Assembly (NCBI GenBank): GCA_018715885.1
Contig: DVKT01000063.1
Span: 15,223-79,222 of the forward strand
Source: Candidatus Caccoplasma intestinavium
GTDB taxonomy: Bacteria; Bacteroidota; Bacteroidia; Bacteroidales; UBA11471
Length of the DNA stretch: 64,000 nt
Reading direction: 5' to 3'
Position numbers and translations under genes: made by a program. Below the pieces are notes generated by a model, which worked only from the letters and a program-made list of their open reading frames with translations, had not been told where the DNA came from and ran no database searches. Each line of letters starts with the position of its first letter. Within the stretch, counting starts at the first letter, position 1. Below are positions 47,701 through 58,052 of the stretch, in pieces.

Positions 47701-48068
47701 AAAGTACCGCTACTTTGCGTCGTTGGAGAAACGAGGGTGATGTTACCGATATGCCGCGTGCTCTTTATGGCAGAGGTTATAACTCGTTGGGTTCCGACCG
47801 TTATATCGAAGATGCATCGTTCTTGCGTATGAAAACGATAACATTGAAATATTCGTTCCCGAAAAATCTTACGAAGAAAATGCACCTCACGGCATTCGAC
47901 CTTTACTTGACGGCTTATGACTTGCTTACTTTCACCAAGTACTCAGGACAAGATCCCGAGGTCAGCGAAAAGAAGATGGACGATAGCGGAATCGTTCGTT
48001 TGGCTGTCGACGGCGCGTCTACGCCCAAGCCTATTCGTGTGAAATTTGGTATTAACCTTCGATTCTAA
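44769..48068 (+). CDS. SusC/RagA-family TonB-dependent outer-membrane transporter (pair 1)
   Basis: Signal peptide, CarboxypepD_reg-like VLTGKVLEKASGEPLAGASVFVQN, plug IRIRGTQSLNGNVDPLIVVNGVPF, a length of about 1100 aa and a C-terminal ...FGINLRF. No N-terminal STN/anti-sigma signalling extension. Confidence 0.95.
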   Translation: MKITRKIYLLLVAFVVSQAMAAQTVLTGKVLEKASGEPLAGASVFVQNKDERTLASVLVDANGEYRIKIPDEQNLVINFSFIGMQSYTVKYTGQKVLNASLSEDSHELDEVSVSAKRVERNQMGLTPREELGAVQRMSMEGLETAPVTSVAEALQGALSNVDIVTGADPGSNSTIRIRGTQSLNGNVDPLIVVNGVPFPVSIDDDFDFASASTDDYSQLLDISPADIESIEVLKDAQATAMWGTKGANGVLVINTKKGAKGKISFTFNTSAEVKKEANTYPLLNAAQYVSLMQDALWNSINDLGYSSSNAQTYLDLLNSDEINFNPQSLLFNEYNVDTDWLDEVSRIGYTVDNSFSMSGGGDKATYRLSLGYLKENGTTIGADVQRFSTRFNMNYRFSKKLDITSEFSFTYNIRNSNWSEKVNGKEPSNPRGMAINKMPQESPYFMTADGSARTNTYFSPYEDFGETFIDNRNYNPVAMVNEAVNRLDSYSTRLSFQLHYQILPVLNYYGTVALTADSKRTKKYLPNEVSGVPWISTSDPNLANDWYNRSSDASNEQLYLYTENRLVYNQTFNDIHNIVASGFLQIEQTTATNYGAQTAGNASYYLSDPSTGGYIVDLSSGESTTRSMFSNFSAQYNLFDRYMFNATFQVEGSSALPSHTRWGMFPTFGIGWQLGDEPFMMNQEVISLAKLRVSWGQTGNAPSGVSPYVGTFSANSSGYLDMPSIYPSSIQLDNIDWEVVDKWNAGIDLGILNDRILFTVDLYKNVTNNMLQKKMKLPTSTGFSNIAWFNSGKMTNRGWEFRIDLNDIVKTKDWRFTFSFNISQNENKVNEFPSNLDMENYEFDNGKYAYLIMSGNPLGSFYGYRYKGVYQNTEDTYARDLNGNIINDINGKPVVVQNGTEKVYPGDAKYEDINGDGVIDANDIVYLGNYSPKIIGGFNFRLSYKNWQLSANFQGRVGQKVFNQTRLNSEMMRGKSNQSTATLRRWRNEGDVTDMPRALYGRGYNSLGSDRYIEDASFLRMKTITLKYSFPKNLTKKMHLTAFDLYLTAYDLLTFTKYSGQDPEVSEKKMDDSGIVRLAVDGASTPKPIRVKFGINLRF

Positions 48069-48080
48069 TAATTTACCGAT

Positions 48081-49619
48081 ATGAAGAAGACATATATATA
48101 TTTACTTGCATTCGTCCTTTCTTTCTCGGCCGTGTCGTGTGAAGACTGGATGAATATCGACCCGGCCGGTAAGCAGAATACCACCAATTACTGGCAAAAT
48201 GCGGGCGAAGTAGAGGCCGTCTTGGGAACTGCATATCTGAATATGCGCAAAGCGATTACCAACAAGACGTTTGTCTATTGGGGAGAAATGCGGGGCAACG
48301 GGCTCGGCATCATTGAGGGTAGCGCATACGATATCCGTAACGGAAATATCCTACCCAGTAACTCGCTTTGCAAATGGGAAGACATGTACAATGTCATAGG
48401 TATGGCCAACTCGGTGATCAAGTATGCTCCTACCGTGGTAGAGAAAGACGCATCGTTCAATGACGGAGAAATGCGCTCTATATTGGCCGAAGCCTATTTC
48501 TTGCGCGCATTCTGTTATTTTACGCTTGTGCGTACTTTCCGCGATGTGCCTTACGTTACCGAACCGTATGTCAATGACGATGCCGATTTTTGGCTTCCCA
48601 AGACCGACGGAAATGAGATCCTCCGATCCGAAATAGCTGCCATTACTCCCTATATCGAGTATGCTAAGGAATTCTTCCCCGAAGAAGTCGATACCAAAGG
48701 ACGGGCTACCCGTTGGGCGATCTACACGCTCTTGGCCGATATGAACCTGTGGCTGAGCGCTTCCGATGCAAGCAATGCGCAGACCTATTTGCAGAATTGC
48801 GTCAACGCTTGTGATGCGGTAATTAATAGTGGCCGTGTAGGTCTTATCGCCGGATCGGAATGGTTTACCAATTTCTATCCCGGAAACAGTAACGAAAGTA
48901 TTTTCGAATTGCAATTCTCCAATGCTCTTTCACAGACGAACTCGTTTATGAACTGGTTCGGTGGTACACAAGACGTAATATCTACGGCAAACGGACGTTA
49001 TTTCTATACCAGTGCTATCAGCTACATGAGACTTGCTTCGCTTGCTCCGACCGATGTACGCGGAGCCGGAGGTTCTTATCCCGCTACTACGACAACTTAT
49101 AATTATACGACGGTGTGGAAATACTATGGTTCTGATATGCAGGGGACCGTCAGAAACGACTTGGAAAATGATCAGAACTGGATCATTTACCGGTTGGCCG
49201 AGGTCTATCTGATGAAAGCCGAAGCTCTTGCTTTGCAACAAGATTTCAGTGGGGCGATAGATATTCTCAATGATGTGCGTACCCGTGCCGGTAGCGATGA
49301 GTTGCAAGAAACACTGTACGGAAATGAATATGACGTGATAACGGCTATTTTGGATGAGCGTGCTGTCGAACTTTTCGCCGAAGGAAAAAATTGGTACGAT
49401 TTGTTGCGTACCGGTCTTCGTTATGAGCATAATCCCAATTATCAGGATCTGTTGCTCGATGAGTGTACCAATGGCTTGACATCGATTTCGGCCGCTTTGG
49501 TACGTTCCAAGATGAAAAGAAATATCCCTTATTCGTGGTATTTGCCGATCAGCACCAGTGAATTGGAGGCCAACCCCAATTTGGTACAGAATCCGGCTTA
49601 TGCAAACCTCGGAAATTAA
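48081..49619 (+). CDS. SusD/RagB-family lipoprotein (pair 1)
   Basis: Lipobox FSAVSC + EDW. Helical TPR-like composition, 12 nt downstream of SusC, typical length 512 aa. Confidence 0.9.
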   Translation: MKKTYIYLLAFVLSFSAVSCEDWMNIDPAGKQNTTNYWQNAGEVEAVLGTAYLNMRKAITNKTFVYWGEMRGNGLGIIEGSAYDIRNGNILPSNSLCKWEDMYNVIGMANSVIKYAPTVVEKDASFNDGEMRSILAEAYFLRAFCYFTLVRTFRDVPYVTEPYVNDDADFWLPKTDGNEILRSEIAAITPYIEYAKEFFPEEVDTKGRATRWAIYTLLADMNLWLSASDASNAQTYLQNCVNACDAVINSGRVGLIAGSEWFTNFYPGNSNESIFELQFSNALSQTNSFMNWFGGTQDVISTANGRYFYTSAISYMRLASLAPTDVRGAGGSYPATTTTYNYTTVWKYYGSDMQGTVRNDLENDQNWIIYRLAEVYLMKAEALALQQDFSGAIDILNDVRTRAGSDELQETLYGNEYDVITAILDERAVELFAEGKNWYDLLRTGLRYEHNPNYQDLLLDECTNGLTSISAALVRSKMKRNIPYSWYLPISTSELEANPNLVQNPAYANLGN

Positions 49620-49638
49620 TTTAGTAAAGTAATATCCT

Positions 49639-51294
49639 ATGAAACATAAAATTTTATATCTGTTCGTGGCTGTAGCTATGCTTTCGGCATGCAACGATAA
49701 TCTTGAGGATTCGACTTTTACGATCTCCGAAGAGGTTCCGGCAGCTACATGGCTGAAAGAGAACGGCTATTCCCAGTGGGTGAGTCTTCTCGAATATACC
49801 AATCTGTACAGTACCATCAATCTCAATGCCGGAGATTACACCCTTTTCGTCCCCAATAACGAGGCGGTAAACGCTTATCTCTCGGAAAATAACTATCCTT
49901 CGGTTTCGTCGATCAACATGGATTATGCCAAATTGCTGGTAAAATACCATACCATTGCGGGTAACCAGTATTCGCAGGTCGATTTTACCAATGACGTGTT
50001 GCCCGATACGACAGCAACCGGCGACCGCCTTACGGTAACGTTCGATGATAATGGCGATTATTTTGTGAATACCGAAGCGAAAATTACGAATTTCGACATC
50101 GCGACGACCAATGCCACGCTCTTTATCATCGACAAGATGCTTTCTCCGGTAACGGAGTATATCTATGATCGGTTGGAAAACGATGCCGAATGGTCTCTTT
50201 TCAAGGAACTGCTCGAAGCTACGGCTCTTGATTCGCTCGTTAAGCAACCCGAGAGCGGTAAGGCATCGCAATATACGCTCTTCGTCGTTCCCAATTCGGT
50301 TTTTGGTGCAGCTAATATTTCCAATCTTAGTGCTTTGGCCGATACCCTCAATGCTGGGCAGGATCGCGAAGCATGGAAAGCAACCGATAATGCCATGTAT
50401 CGTTATGCTGCTTACCATTTCCTCTCGGGGGCATATTCAACCAATGATTTTGTCAAAGTCGATACAACCTCTACATCTTCTCAAGTTCTTATTTTGGAGA
50501 CGCTTTCGGAAGCCGATTTCCTCGAATTCCAGAGTATCGAATCGAATTTCTATATCAATTACGATACGGCTTCCATGTCGGGCGTACAATTCCTGGAAAC
50601 GACCAACCTCCTTTGCAAGAACGGTATGATACATACGGTCGATGCCCCGATGTATATCAAGGCTCCGAGCACGATTCCTGCCACGACGTGGGAGTTGACC
50701 GACTATGATGTATTGGCTCGTGAAATACCCGAGTACCGTCTCTCGTCGCTTACGTCGGCATTGGACTATCCTCTCGGCGATCTTCTCGAGAAATACGGTG
50801 CGTTGTTCCCCTATCAGTGGCAGACAGTCGCTTCCCGCTTCTCTCCGGTTTCCTATTATGTGGGAACATCGACCGACTCGATCGGTAAATACTTTATGAA
50901 CCACGATGCATTGAATATCGACCTCGGACAGTATGGTTATGTCGAAATGGAATCGCCTACGATTGTTGCCGACTCGACGACTTATTATGTAGGGTTGAGC
51001 TTCTACAATACGTTTGGTTCTGCTCCCGGTAACCGTATTACCATCTATCTCGATGACGAGCTGGTAGGTACGATGTATACCAGTGGCGGCAAAGCTCCTT
51101 CCCGATTCAAAAAAGATCCGAAACCCGAGGAATGGATTGCCATACCTAAGGTAGATCAGAAAAAAACCGAAAATAACGAGTATATCGTAGGTGAAGTAAC
51201 CTTTGAAACTACCGGTAAACACAAGTTGCGTATCGAGGATAATCAAGGTGGAGATATTTACCTCGACTATATTTTGTTCACTCCTAAAAAATAA
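49639..51294 (+). CDS. Fasciclin (FAS1 x2) lipoprotein with C-terminal CBM-like beta-sandwich
   Basis: Lipobox AMLSAC + NDNLED. FAS1 patterns: YTLFVPNNEAV...KYHTIAG...ATLFIIDKML, YTLFVVPNSVF...NGMIHTVDAPM. The C-terminus ...HKLRIEDNQGGDIYLDYILFTPKK resembles carbohydrate-binding modules. Confidence 0.75.
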   Translation: MKHKILYLFVAVAMLSACNDNLEDSTFTISEEVPAATWLKENGYSQWVSLLEYTNLYSTINLNAGDYTLFVPNNEAVNAYLSENNYPSVSSINMDYAKLLVKYHTIAGNQYSQVDFTNDVLPDTTATGDRLTVTFDDNGDYFVNTEAKITNFDIATTNATLFIIDKMLSPVTEYIYDRLENDAEWSLFKELLEATALDSLVKQPESGKASQYTLFVVPNSVFGAANISNLSALADTLNAGQDREAWKATDNAMYRYAAYHFLSGAYSTNDFVKVDTTSTSSQVLILETLSEADFLEFQSIESNFYINYDTASMSGVQFLETTNLLCKNGMIHTVDAPMYIKAPSTIPATTWELTDYDVLAREIPEYRLSSLTSALDYPLGDLLEKYGALFPYQWQTVASRFSPVSYYVGTSTDSIGKYFMNHDALNIDLGQYGYVEMESPTIVADSTTYYVGLSFYNTFGSAPGNRITIYLDDELVGTMYTSGGKAPSRFKKDPKPEEWIAIPKVDQKKTENNEYIVGEVTFETTGKHKLRIEDNQGGDIYLDYILFTPKK

Positions 51295-51299
51295 AAGCG

Positions 51300-53105
51300 A
51301 TGAGAAATATGAAAAAAACAGCATTCTTTCTTCTCCTTGCTGTCTGCGGTCTGTGGGCTTGTAATGACAATTGGAATGATTACTACGACGGATCGTCAGT
51401 GAGCGGGAGTGTCGATACGGCAACAACAGTATTGGATTGCTCTATCATAGAGTTTTTCCAAACCCATGCCGAGTATGCCGAGTTTTATAAACTCCTTCAA
51501 GACGTAGGTGCCATGTCTTCGCTCGAAGCCGATCAGGAACTTACGGTTTGGGCAGTTGGCAATTCCGGCGTAACGGCTGCTGCCGGCGAATATACCGAAG
51601 GGTCGCTTGCCACCGATACGACCCGTGTCAAATACCATGTCAATTATCTTTCCTTCAATCGGGATCAGCTCAAAAACGGAGCCCGTTTGAAAACGTTGAA
51701 CGGTATTTATGTGCAGATTACCATCGACGAGGCCGGCGATATATATGCCAATGCCTCGAAAGTCCTCAAAACCTATCGCCTCAACAACGGTGTGATACAT
51801 GTTATTGATGAAATGATGGCTGCCCGTATCAATCTTTACGAGTATATCAAGCAATTGCCCGATGAATATTCGATATACCGTGATTCTATCATGGCATACA
51901 GTGTCGAATTGTTTGACGAGTCGAAATCCACACCTATCGGCGTGGACAAGACGGGTAACACCATTTACGACTCGGTATTTGTCGTGTACAATCCGTTGTT
52001 CGATACGGTCGAGATCAATTCGGAGTTCAAGCAGTTCACCTGCTTCATTCCCGACAATAACGTGATGAAAGACTGTTTCACAAAAATGAACTCCACGTAT
52101 GAGGCTATCGGTCGTCCGCTTATCGACGAAAGTGCCGAATATCCCTATTTGGCGCAGAGCGATATGGAACTTGCCATAAACTGGATAAAGAGGGCTACCA
52201 TCTTCGAAGGTACTCTTTCCGAAGCCGAAGCTTCGGTACCAGATCTTTACTCGGCTTATGATAAGCAGTGGAAGAATACCGATATGAACGGAAATCCCGT
52301 GCAGGTAATCGATGTGCAGAACCCCGAAGAGTTATCCAATGGCCGTGTATATTACATACAAGATTTGAAAGTTCCCAACAATGTGGTTATAACGCGCCTC
52401 AAACAGTTTGTTTACCACTATGAGAATATAACCAATCCCGATTCGCTGGCGGCTCTTTTCTGTATCCGAGGAACAGCGGGGGCAGTAAAGGTTTCAGATC
52501 AAGACGCCATTCCTACTTTGGCCGCCAATGCGGGAGCAGATTGGAATTCGCCGGCTTTTGCCGAGTACACCTATACCTACTTTGCCAATTATAGGGTATT
52601 GGAGGCAACTGGTGCAGAAGATGCAACCGAGTTCTCGGTTGCGTTCTCTCCGGTAACACCGTATGCTCCCTATAAGATAACCGAGTATAAAATTCCGGCA
52701 GGTGAATATACGCTCTATTTGGGCTTCCGTTCCTCGGCCATGTGTACCGGTAACGTCTATTTTGCAACGGCCGATACTCAAAACGGCGGGCTCGAACTCG
52801 ACCCCTCTTCGGCCGATGCCGCCGGTGTACAAGATGTGAAGTTGATGTCGCCTTATAAACTTATTGCGTCGAATATCGACTTTACGGCAGCTACGCCGTG
52901 GAACTACGACCGTGCCGAGGGTGGTGAGATGCCGCAGTACTCGAATGGTAAAAACCGTTGGAACTCCAATGGAGGTAAAGTGGGTACCGTAACCGTAGAA
53001 GGTGAAGGTATGCAATCGGTACGTATCAAAGTCTCGTATGTATCGGGAAATCTGAAAATGCAACTTTATCACTGGTGTCTTGTACCTACCGAGAATAATT
53101 ATTGA
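51300..53105 (+). CDS. Fasciclin (FAS1) lipoprotein with extended C-terminal beta-rich region
   Basis: Lipobox CGLWAC + NDNWND. FAS1 pattern: EFYKLLQDVG...LTVWAVGNSG...KYHVNY...NGVIHVIDEMM. The start may alternatively be ATG 51309. Confidence 0.7.
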   Translation: MRNMKKTAFFLLLAVCGLWACNDNWNDYYDGSSVSGSVDTATTVLDCSIIEFFQTHAEYAEFYKLLQDVGAMSSLEADQELTVWAVGNSGVTAAAGEYTEGSLATDTTRVKYHVNYLSFNRDQLKNGARLKTLNGIYVQITIDEAGDIYANASKVLKTYRLNNGVIHVIDEMMAARINLYEYIKQLPDEYSIYRDSIMAYSVELFDESKSTPIGVDKTGNTIYDSVFVVYNPLFDTVEINSEFKQFTCFIPDNNVMKDCFTKMNSTYEAIGRPLIDESAEYPYLAQSDMELAINWIKRATIFEGTLSEAEASVPDLYSAYDKQWKNTDMNGNPVQVIDVQNPEELSNGRVYYIQDLKVPNNVVITRLKQFVYHYENITNPDSLAALFCIRGTAGAVKVSDQDAIPTLAANAGADWNSPAFAEYTYTYFANYRVLEATGAEDATEFSVAFSPVTPYAPYKITEYKIPAGEYTLYLGFRSSAMCTGNVYFATADTQNGGLELDPSSADAAGVQDVKLMSPYKLIASNIDFTAATPWNYDRAEGGEMPQYSNGKNRWNSNGGKVGTVTVEGEGMQSVRIKVSYVSGNLKMQLYHWCLVPTENNY

Positions 53106-53125
53106 TATCAAACACACAATACGAT

Positions 53126-56100
53126 ATGAAAAAACTTAGAAACATATTTCTGCTCCTGTTGATTGCTTTGGTGTCGATGCCGGCAGTTGCGCAACGTACC
53201 TATACGATCACAGGTCAGGTGGTCGACCCTTACAACGGGTCGCCCATCGAAGGAGCCGTTGTTTCGGCAACAAACCTGAAACAATCGGTAACGACCGATG
53301 CCAATGGCGCGTTTAAGGCTGAACTTTCAAGCCTAAAAGGAGAATTGAATGTTTGGTATCCCGGTTTTTATACCAAAGTGATTCCCGTTAACGGTCGTAC
53401 GAACTTCAAAGTCATACTGATTCCCGAAGACAAGTACGGTTATAACGACCAGATTCTTACACCCAATGCCGTTACTCCCGGTCAGGATAAAAATACCAAT
53501 ACGTATGCTCGTCAAAGTAAAGATTTTACTTCGTCGACAGTCGATGTAGAAAAGACATTTACCAATATTCCCGGTCTCTATGTGGCCGAGAAAAGCGGTA
53601 TGCCCGGAGAGGGGGCTTTCTTCCAGATTCGCGGTAACCGCACGGCCAATGCTACCGGTATGCCTTTGATCGTTGTCAACGGTCAGCCTTATTTCGGCGA
53701 CTTGAATACGTCGGGTGTCATCAACGGGTATTCGTCGAGTATTTTCGATGCGCTCAATGCTCAGGATATTGCCAGTGTTTCGGTATTGAAAGGTGCCGAT
53801 GCCGCCATGTACGGTTCTTTGGCATCGAACGGCGTTATCGCCATCGAGACCGAGCGGGCTATCGACCTCGATACCCGGGTGGAATTTATCGGACAATATG
53901 GTGTCGATCTCAATCAGTCGACTTTGCCGGTTCTCAATGTAAAAGATTATAAAAAGTATGTCTCGGCATTGGGCCTTACCGATGGTACCTATGAGGATAT
54001 GGACGATCTTATTACCGATTTCCCGTATCTCTCGCAAGATCCATCGACCTATGTCAATCCTTATCTTTACAACAACAATACCGACTGGCAGGACGAGATT
54101 TACAGCCCCGGTTTCGTAACCGACAACACCTTGAAAATAAAAGGTGGTGATGCCATTGCCAAGTATGACCTTTCGATCGGTTATAAGCGGAAAGAAGGTC
54201 AGGTCGATAAAACCGACTACAATCGCTACTACGCCCGTTTGAACTCCGATATCGCTTTGAGCCGTAACCTGACGCTCACATCAGCTTTGTCGTTGGCTTA
54301 CATCAACAGCAATTTGCAGGAGCAGGGACTCTCTTATGAGACCAATCCTCTCCTCACGGCTTTGCGTAAAGCTCCTTTGTTCTCGCCTTTTGAAAAAGAC
54401 GATAAAAACCAGCTTTTGCCCGAATATGCGCCTATTCGCGACGAAAACGGTGAAATCATCACCAATAATGCCGTATCCAATCCCTCGGCTGTTGTCAATA
54501 CGATACAAGCCAAAAACAATATCTATGATGTTCAGGCTCTTTTCGGTCTGAACGGAAAGATCAAAGAACATTGGACGCTGGGTGCTTCGGCCGGTCTTTA
54601 TTACTACAAGAAACAAGAATCGATCTTCATTCCCGGTGCAACGAACCAGACCATCATGCCGTTGCAAAACGGATTGGCCGAGAATACTTCGCGTGTGGGT
54701 GAAACCGAGTTGCTCAACTTCTATTTTGCGGCTCGCACAGGTTACAACCAGACTTTTGCCGGTATGCACAACCTGAAAGGTTCTCTGGGCGTGCAGGCTG
54801 TTATCAACAGCACCGAGTACGATAGCGGTGAAGGTATAAACGCCGAGAGCGACTACTATTATCTCTTGGGTAGCACCAGCAGCAATATCGGTCGTAAAGT
54901 AGGCGGATATATCGACAAGTTCAACTGGGTCAACATCAATGCCAATTTGACTTATACCTATAACCACTTGGTAGGAGTAGGAGTAACGTTGGCTTCGGAC
55001 TACGCATCTTCTTTCGGAAACGATGCTCCGTCGATGGCCGTGTTCCCCTCTGTAAATGCCGCATTCTATGCCAAGAATGCTCCCGGTGTGCGCAATGTCG
55101 ATTTCATCAATCAGTTGACTCTTCGTGCCGAATATGTAACAACGGGTAACAGCCGGTTCTCTTCGGGTCTCAGCAAATATGCTTACTCGCAGGCCAGCTT
55201 CCGTGCTTTGTCCGGTCTTGTACGTGCCGGTGTTGCCAATACCGGCCTGAAATGGGAAACCGACCGTACGTTCGATGTCGGTCTCGATATTTCGTTGTGG
55301 AACAACCGTATCGATGCCTCTGTCGATTATTATAACGGGAAAACCAACGACGTGATCATGCTTCGCAGTATTCCGTCGGTATTTGGTACCAGTACGATGT
55401 ATGACAACATCGGAACCTTGAAGAACGAAGGTGTCGAAGTGGGATTCCAGTTTGCTCCCGTATATACCAAAAACTTCAAATGGTATATCGGTGCCACACT
55501 TGCCCACAATAAGAACCGTCTTTCTTCTCTCGACGGCAATGCCTCTATCATAAGCGAAATGAGCGACGGAGCAGCTATTATTTCAGAAGTGGGTAAACCT
55601 CTGTACAATTTTTACGGCTATGAGACAGCCGGCGTATTCTCTACGACAGAGGAGGCTGCGGCTGCCAACTTGAAAACTCCGGGCGGTGTTGCTTTTGGTG
55701 CCGGTGATGTACACTTTGTCGATCAAAATAATGATGGTGTGATCGATGAGAAAGACCGTGTAAACCTCGGTAGCGCCGATCCTAAAATTTTCGGTAACAT
55801 CTATACGACGTTACGCTATAAAAATTTCGAATTGTCGGTTAATTTCGGATACAGTCAGGGCAATAAATCTTATAATGCCGTGCGCCGTATCGGAGAGAGC
55901 ATGAGCGATTACGGTAATCAGCTCGTGTCGACCAACCGCCGTTGGCAAAGCAACGGCGACATCACCACGATGCCGAAAGCCACTTATGGCGACCCGATGG
56001 GCAATAATCGTTTCTCCGACCGTTGGATCGAAGACGCTTCGTATCTCAAAATTAAAGAGATTTACGTAAGCTATAAATTCAACTTCTTGCGTGGAACGAC

Positions 56101-56257
56101 CCTGTTTGCTTCGGCCGAGAATGTATTCACCTTTACCAAGTATTTAGGTCTTGATCCCGAAACAACTTATTCTTACGATGCTTCGTTGCGCGGATTCGAC
56201 TATGCCAAAGTGGCGCTTCCTCGTTCGTTTAAAGTCGGTGTTAAGCTCGAATTCTAA
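53126..56257 (+). CDS. SusC/RagA-family TonB-dependent outer-membrane transporter (pair 2)
   Basis: Signal peptide MKKLRNIFLLLLIALVSMPAVAQ, CarboxypepD_reg-like ITGQVVDPYNGSPIEGAVVSATN, plug FFQIRGNRTANATGMPLIVVNGQPYFG and C-terminal ...VGVKLEF. The TTG extension from 53102 was trimmed. Confidence 0.95.
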   Translation: MKKLRNIFLLLLIALVSMPAVAQRTYTITGQVVDPYNGSPIEGAVVSATNLKQSVTTDANGAFKAELSSLKGELNVWYPGFYTKVIPVNGRTNFKVILIPEDKYGYNDQILTPNAVTPGQDKNTNTYARQSKDFTSSTVDVEKTFTNIPGLYVAEKSGMPGEGAFFQIRGNRTANATGMPLIVVNGQPYFGDLNTSGVINGYSSSIFDALNAQDIASVSVLKGADAAMYGSLASNGVIAIETERAIDLDTRVEFIGQYGVDLNQSTLPVLNVKDYKKYVSALGLTDGTYEDMDDLITDFPYLSQDPSTYVNPYLYNNNTDWQDEIYSPGFVTDNTLKIKGGDAIAKYDLSIGYKRKEGQVDKTDYNRYYARLNSDIALSRNLTLTSALSLAYINSNLQEQGLSYETNPLLTALRKAPLFSPFEKDDKNQLLPEYAPIRDENGEIITNNAVSNPSAVVNTIQAKNNIYDVQALFGLNGKIKEHWTLGASAGLYYYKKQESIFIPGATNQTIMPLQNGLAENTSRVGETELLNFYFAARTGYNQTFAGMHNLKGSLGVQAVINSTEYDSGEGINAESDYYYLLGSTSSNIGRKVGGYIDKFNWVNINANLTYTYNHLVGVGVTLASDYASSFGNDAPSMAVFPSVNAAFYAKNAPGVRNVDFINQLTLRAEYVTTGNSRFSSGLSKYAYSQASFRALSGLVRAGVANTGLKWETDRTFDVGLDISLWNNRIDASVDYYNGKTNDVIMLRSIPSVFGTSTMYDNIGTLKNEGVEVGFQFAPVYTKNFKWYIGATLAHNKNRLSSLDGNASIISEMSDGAAIISEVGKPLYNFYGYETAGVFSTTEEAAAANLKTPGGVAFGAGDVHFVDQNNDGVIDEKDRVNLGSADPKIFGNIYTTLRYKNFELSVNFGYSQGNKSYNAVRRIGESMSDYGNQLVSTNRRWQSNGDITTMPKATYGDPMGNNRFSDRWIEDASYLKIKEIYVSYKFNFLRGTTLFASAENVFTFTKYLGLDPETTYSYDASLRGFDYAKVALPRSFKVGVKLEF

Positions 56258-56277
56258 CCATAAGGAGATTTAAGATT

Positions 56278-58026
56278 ATGAAAAATATAATGGAAAAATT
56301 TGCTGCCTTATTTATCGTTGCGGCTCTCTTTGTCTCATGTTCCGATGAGACGACCGACCTCCTCGATGAAGGCAATTATGTAGGAGTCAACTCCGAACTT
56401 TATTCCGGTCTTTGGGGGTGTGCCTCGACCGTAGCCGATGTGGCCGATCAGGCGCTTATTCTCGAAGCTCTCCGGGGCAATCTGCTCGAACCGACCGAAA
56501 ATGCCGGAACCGAGGTATGGAATATCTGGAAATACAGCGACCTCAATGGTAACACCCTTGCCGACCCTGCGGGTTATTACCGTGTCATCATGAATGTCAA
56601 CGACTATGTGGCGCATGTCGACAAGTATCGCAAAGAGAACCCTACGGCCCTTAATTTCGAGGAGAAATACGGTGTAACATTCGACTTGTATATTTCTACC
56701 GCGATCCGTTATAAAGTATGGGCTTATATGATGCTTGCCAAAATATACGGTGAAGCTATCTATTTCGACGATCCGTTGAGCGAGTATCAAGACATTGCCA
56801 AATATCCGAAACTCGGTTTCGACCAGATTATCGATAAATGTCTGGAACTCATGAATACCGGTATGTATGGGGTCGACGGTAAACAGATAACACGGTGGAG
56901 AACGTTCCTTTTCCCGAGTATTACGGGCGAGAACGAAGGACACATGCGTTACGACCGTTATCAATTTACCCCGCAGTGTCTGTTGGCCGAGTTGTACTTG
57001 TATAAACGAGATTATCACAATGCTGCCATCAATGCGATGACCGAGATTACACTCGGCGGTCGTACCGGTGGCGGTGAATGCTATATCATGCCTTTGCGCG
57101 GTGCTTACAGCAGCGGTTGGAAAAATTGCATACATACATATTTCCGTTGGGAAGACATTACGATGGCTTCGTACAATCCCAGAATGTATGAAACGAACCG
57201 TCTCGAAGATTTTGCTTCGAATGTTTCTCCGTATAGTTATTACGTGCGTCCTACCCAAGTGGCTATGGCCCGTTTCGATACGACAAGTGTACCATGTATC
57301 GAAAGTGCAATCTTATCCGACCGTTACCGCGGTAGAGGAGGAACGTTTGCCGAAACGGAAACCGGACAGATCATTCTTCAGAAATGGGTCAGCGGTGTAG
57401 CACAGACGACCGAGACAGTCATTCCTCTGTATCGTGCCAGCGGCTTGCACCTGATTCTTTGCGAGGCTTTGGCCGGTTTAGCCAAAGATCCTTCGACTAC
57501 GGAGGAGATGAGAAATGCTTTTATCGAAACCGCCCTCGTGCTTCTCAACCAGGGTATCGTAACTTATTGGGACACGACGACCGGTGATTTTAAGGCCGGT
57601 AGCTGCTTCGATAAAGTTATCAAGTATTTCGATCCCAGCAATGCGAATAAATATCTTGCCAACCTGTATCGGGGAACCAACCATACGCAAAGTGCTTCGC
57701 AGTATATTCACAAAGGTATACGCGGTCGTGTAGCCATGGGTAATGTAGGTGGCGATATTTTGTCGACCGATGAAGATTCGGGCTTACCTTTGTATACTCC
57801 CGAAGAGCAATGCTGGAAACTCGATTCTTTGCTTGCCGATGAGTATTTCTTCGAACTCTCGGGCGAAGGTCAGGTAATGTTTGCTTTGTATCGTATGATG
57901 CAAAACTATCCCGAAAAGAAAGAGTATTTCATCAAATCGATGGCCGCCGGACGCGGTGATGTCGAATCGATACTTTCTGCCGATAAAGGTTGGTTTATCG
58001 ATTATGATTTGACCGAAGGAAATTAA
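56278..58026 (+). CDS. SusD/RagB-family lipoprotein (pair 2)
   Basis: Lipobox ALFVSC + SDETTD. Helical repeat composition, 20 nt downstream of SusC, 582 aa. Confidence 0.85.
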   Translation: MKNIMEKFAALFIVAALFVSCSDETTDLLDEGNYVGVNSELYSGLWGCASTVADVADQALILEALRGNLLEPTENAGTEVWNIWKYSDLNGNTLADPAGYYRVIMNVNDYVAHVDKYRKENPTALNFEEKYGVTFDLYISTAIRYKVWAYMMLAKIYGEAIYFDDPLSEYQDIAKYPKLGFDQIIDKCLELMNTGMYGVDGKQITRWRTFLFPSITGENEGHMRYDRYQFTPQCLLAELYLYKRDYHNAAINAMTEITLGGRTGGGECYIMPLRGAYSSGWKNCIHTYFRWEDITMASYNPRMYETNRLEDFASNVSPYSYYVRPTQVAMARFDTTSVPCIESAILSDRYRGRGGTFAETETGQIILQKWVSGVAQTTETVIPLYRASGLHLILCEALAGLAKDPSTTEEMRNAFIETALVLLNQGIVTYWDTTTGDFKAGSCFDKVIKYFDPSNANKYLANLYRGTNHTQSASQYIHKGIRGRVAMGNVGGDILSTDEDSGLPLYTPEEQCWKLDSLLADEYFFELSGEGQVMFALYRMMQNYPEKKEYFIKSMAAGRGDVESILSADKGWFIDYDLTEGN

Positions 58027-58052
58027 TGTCTGTCGACATTGTTTAAGACAAG

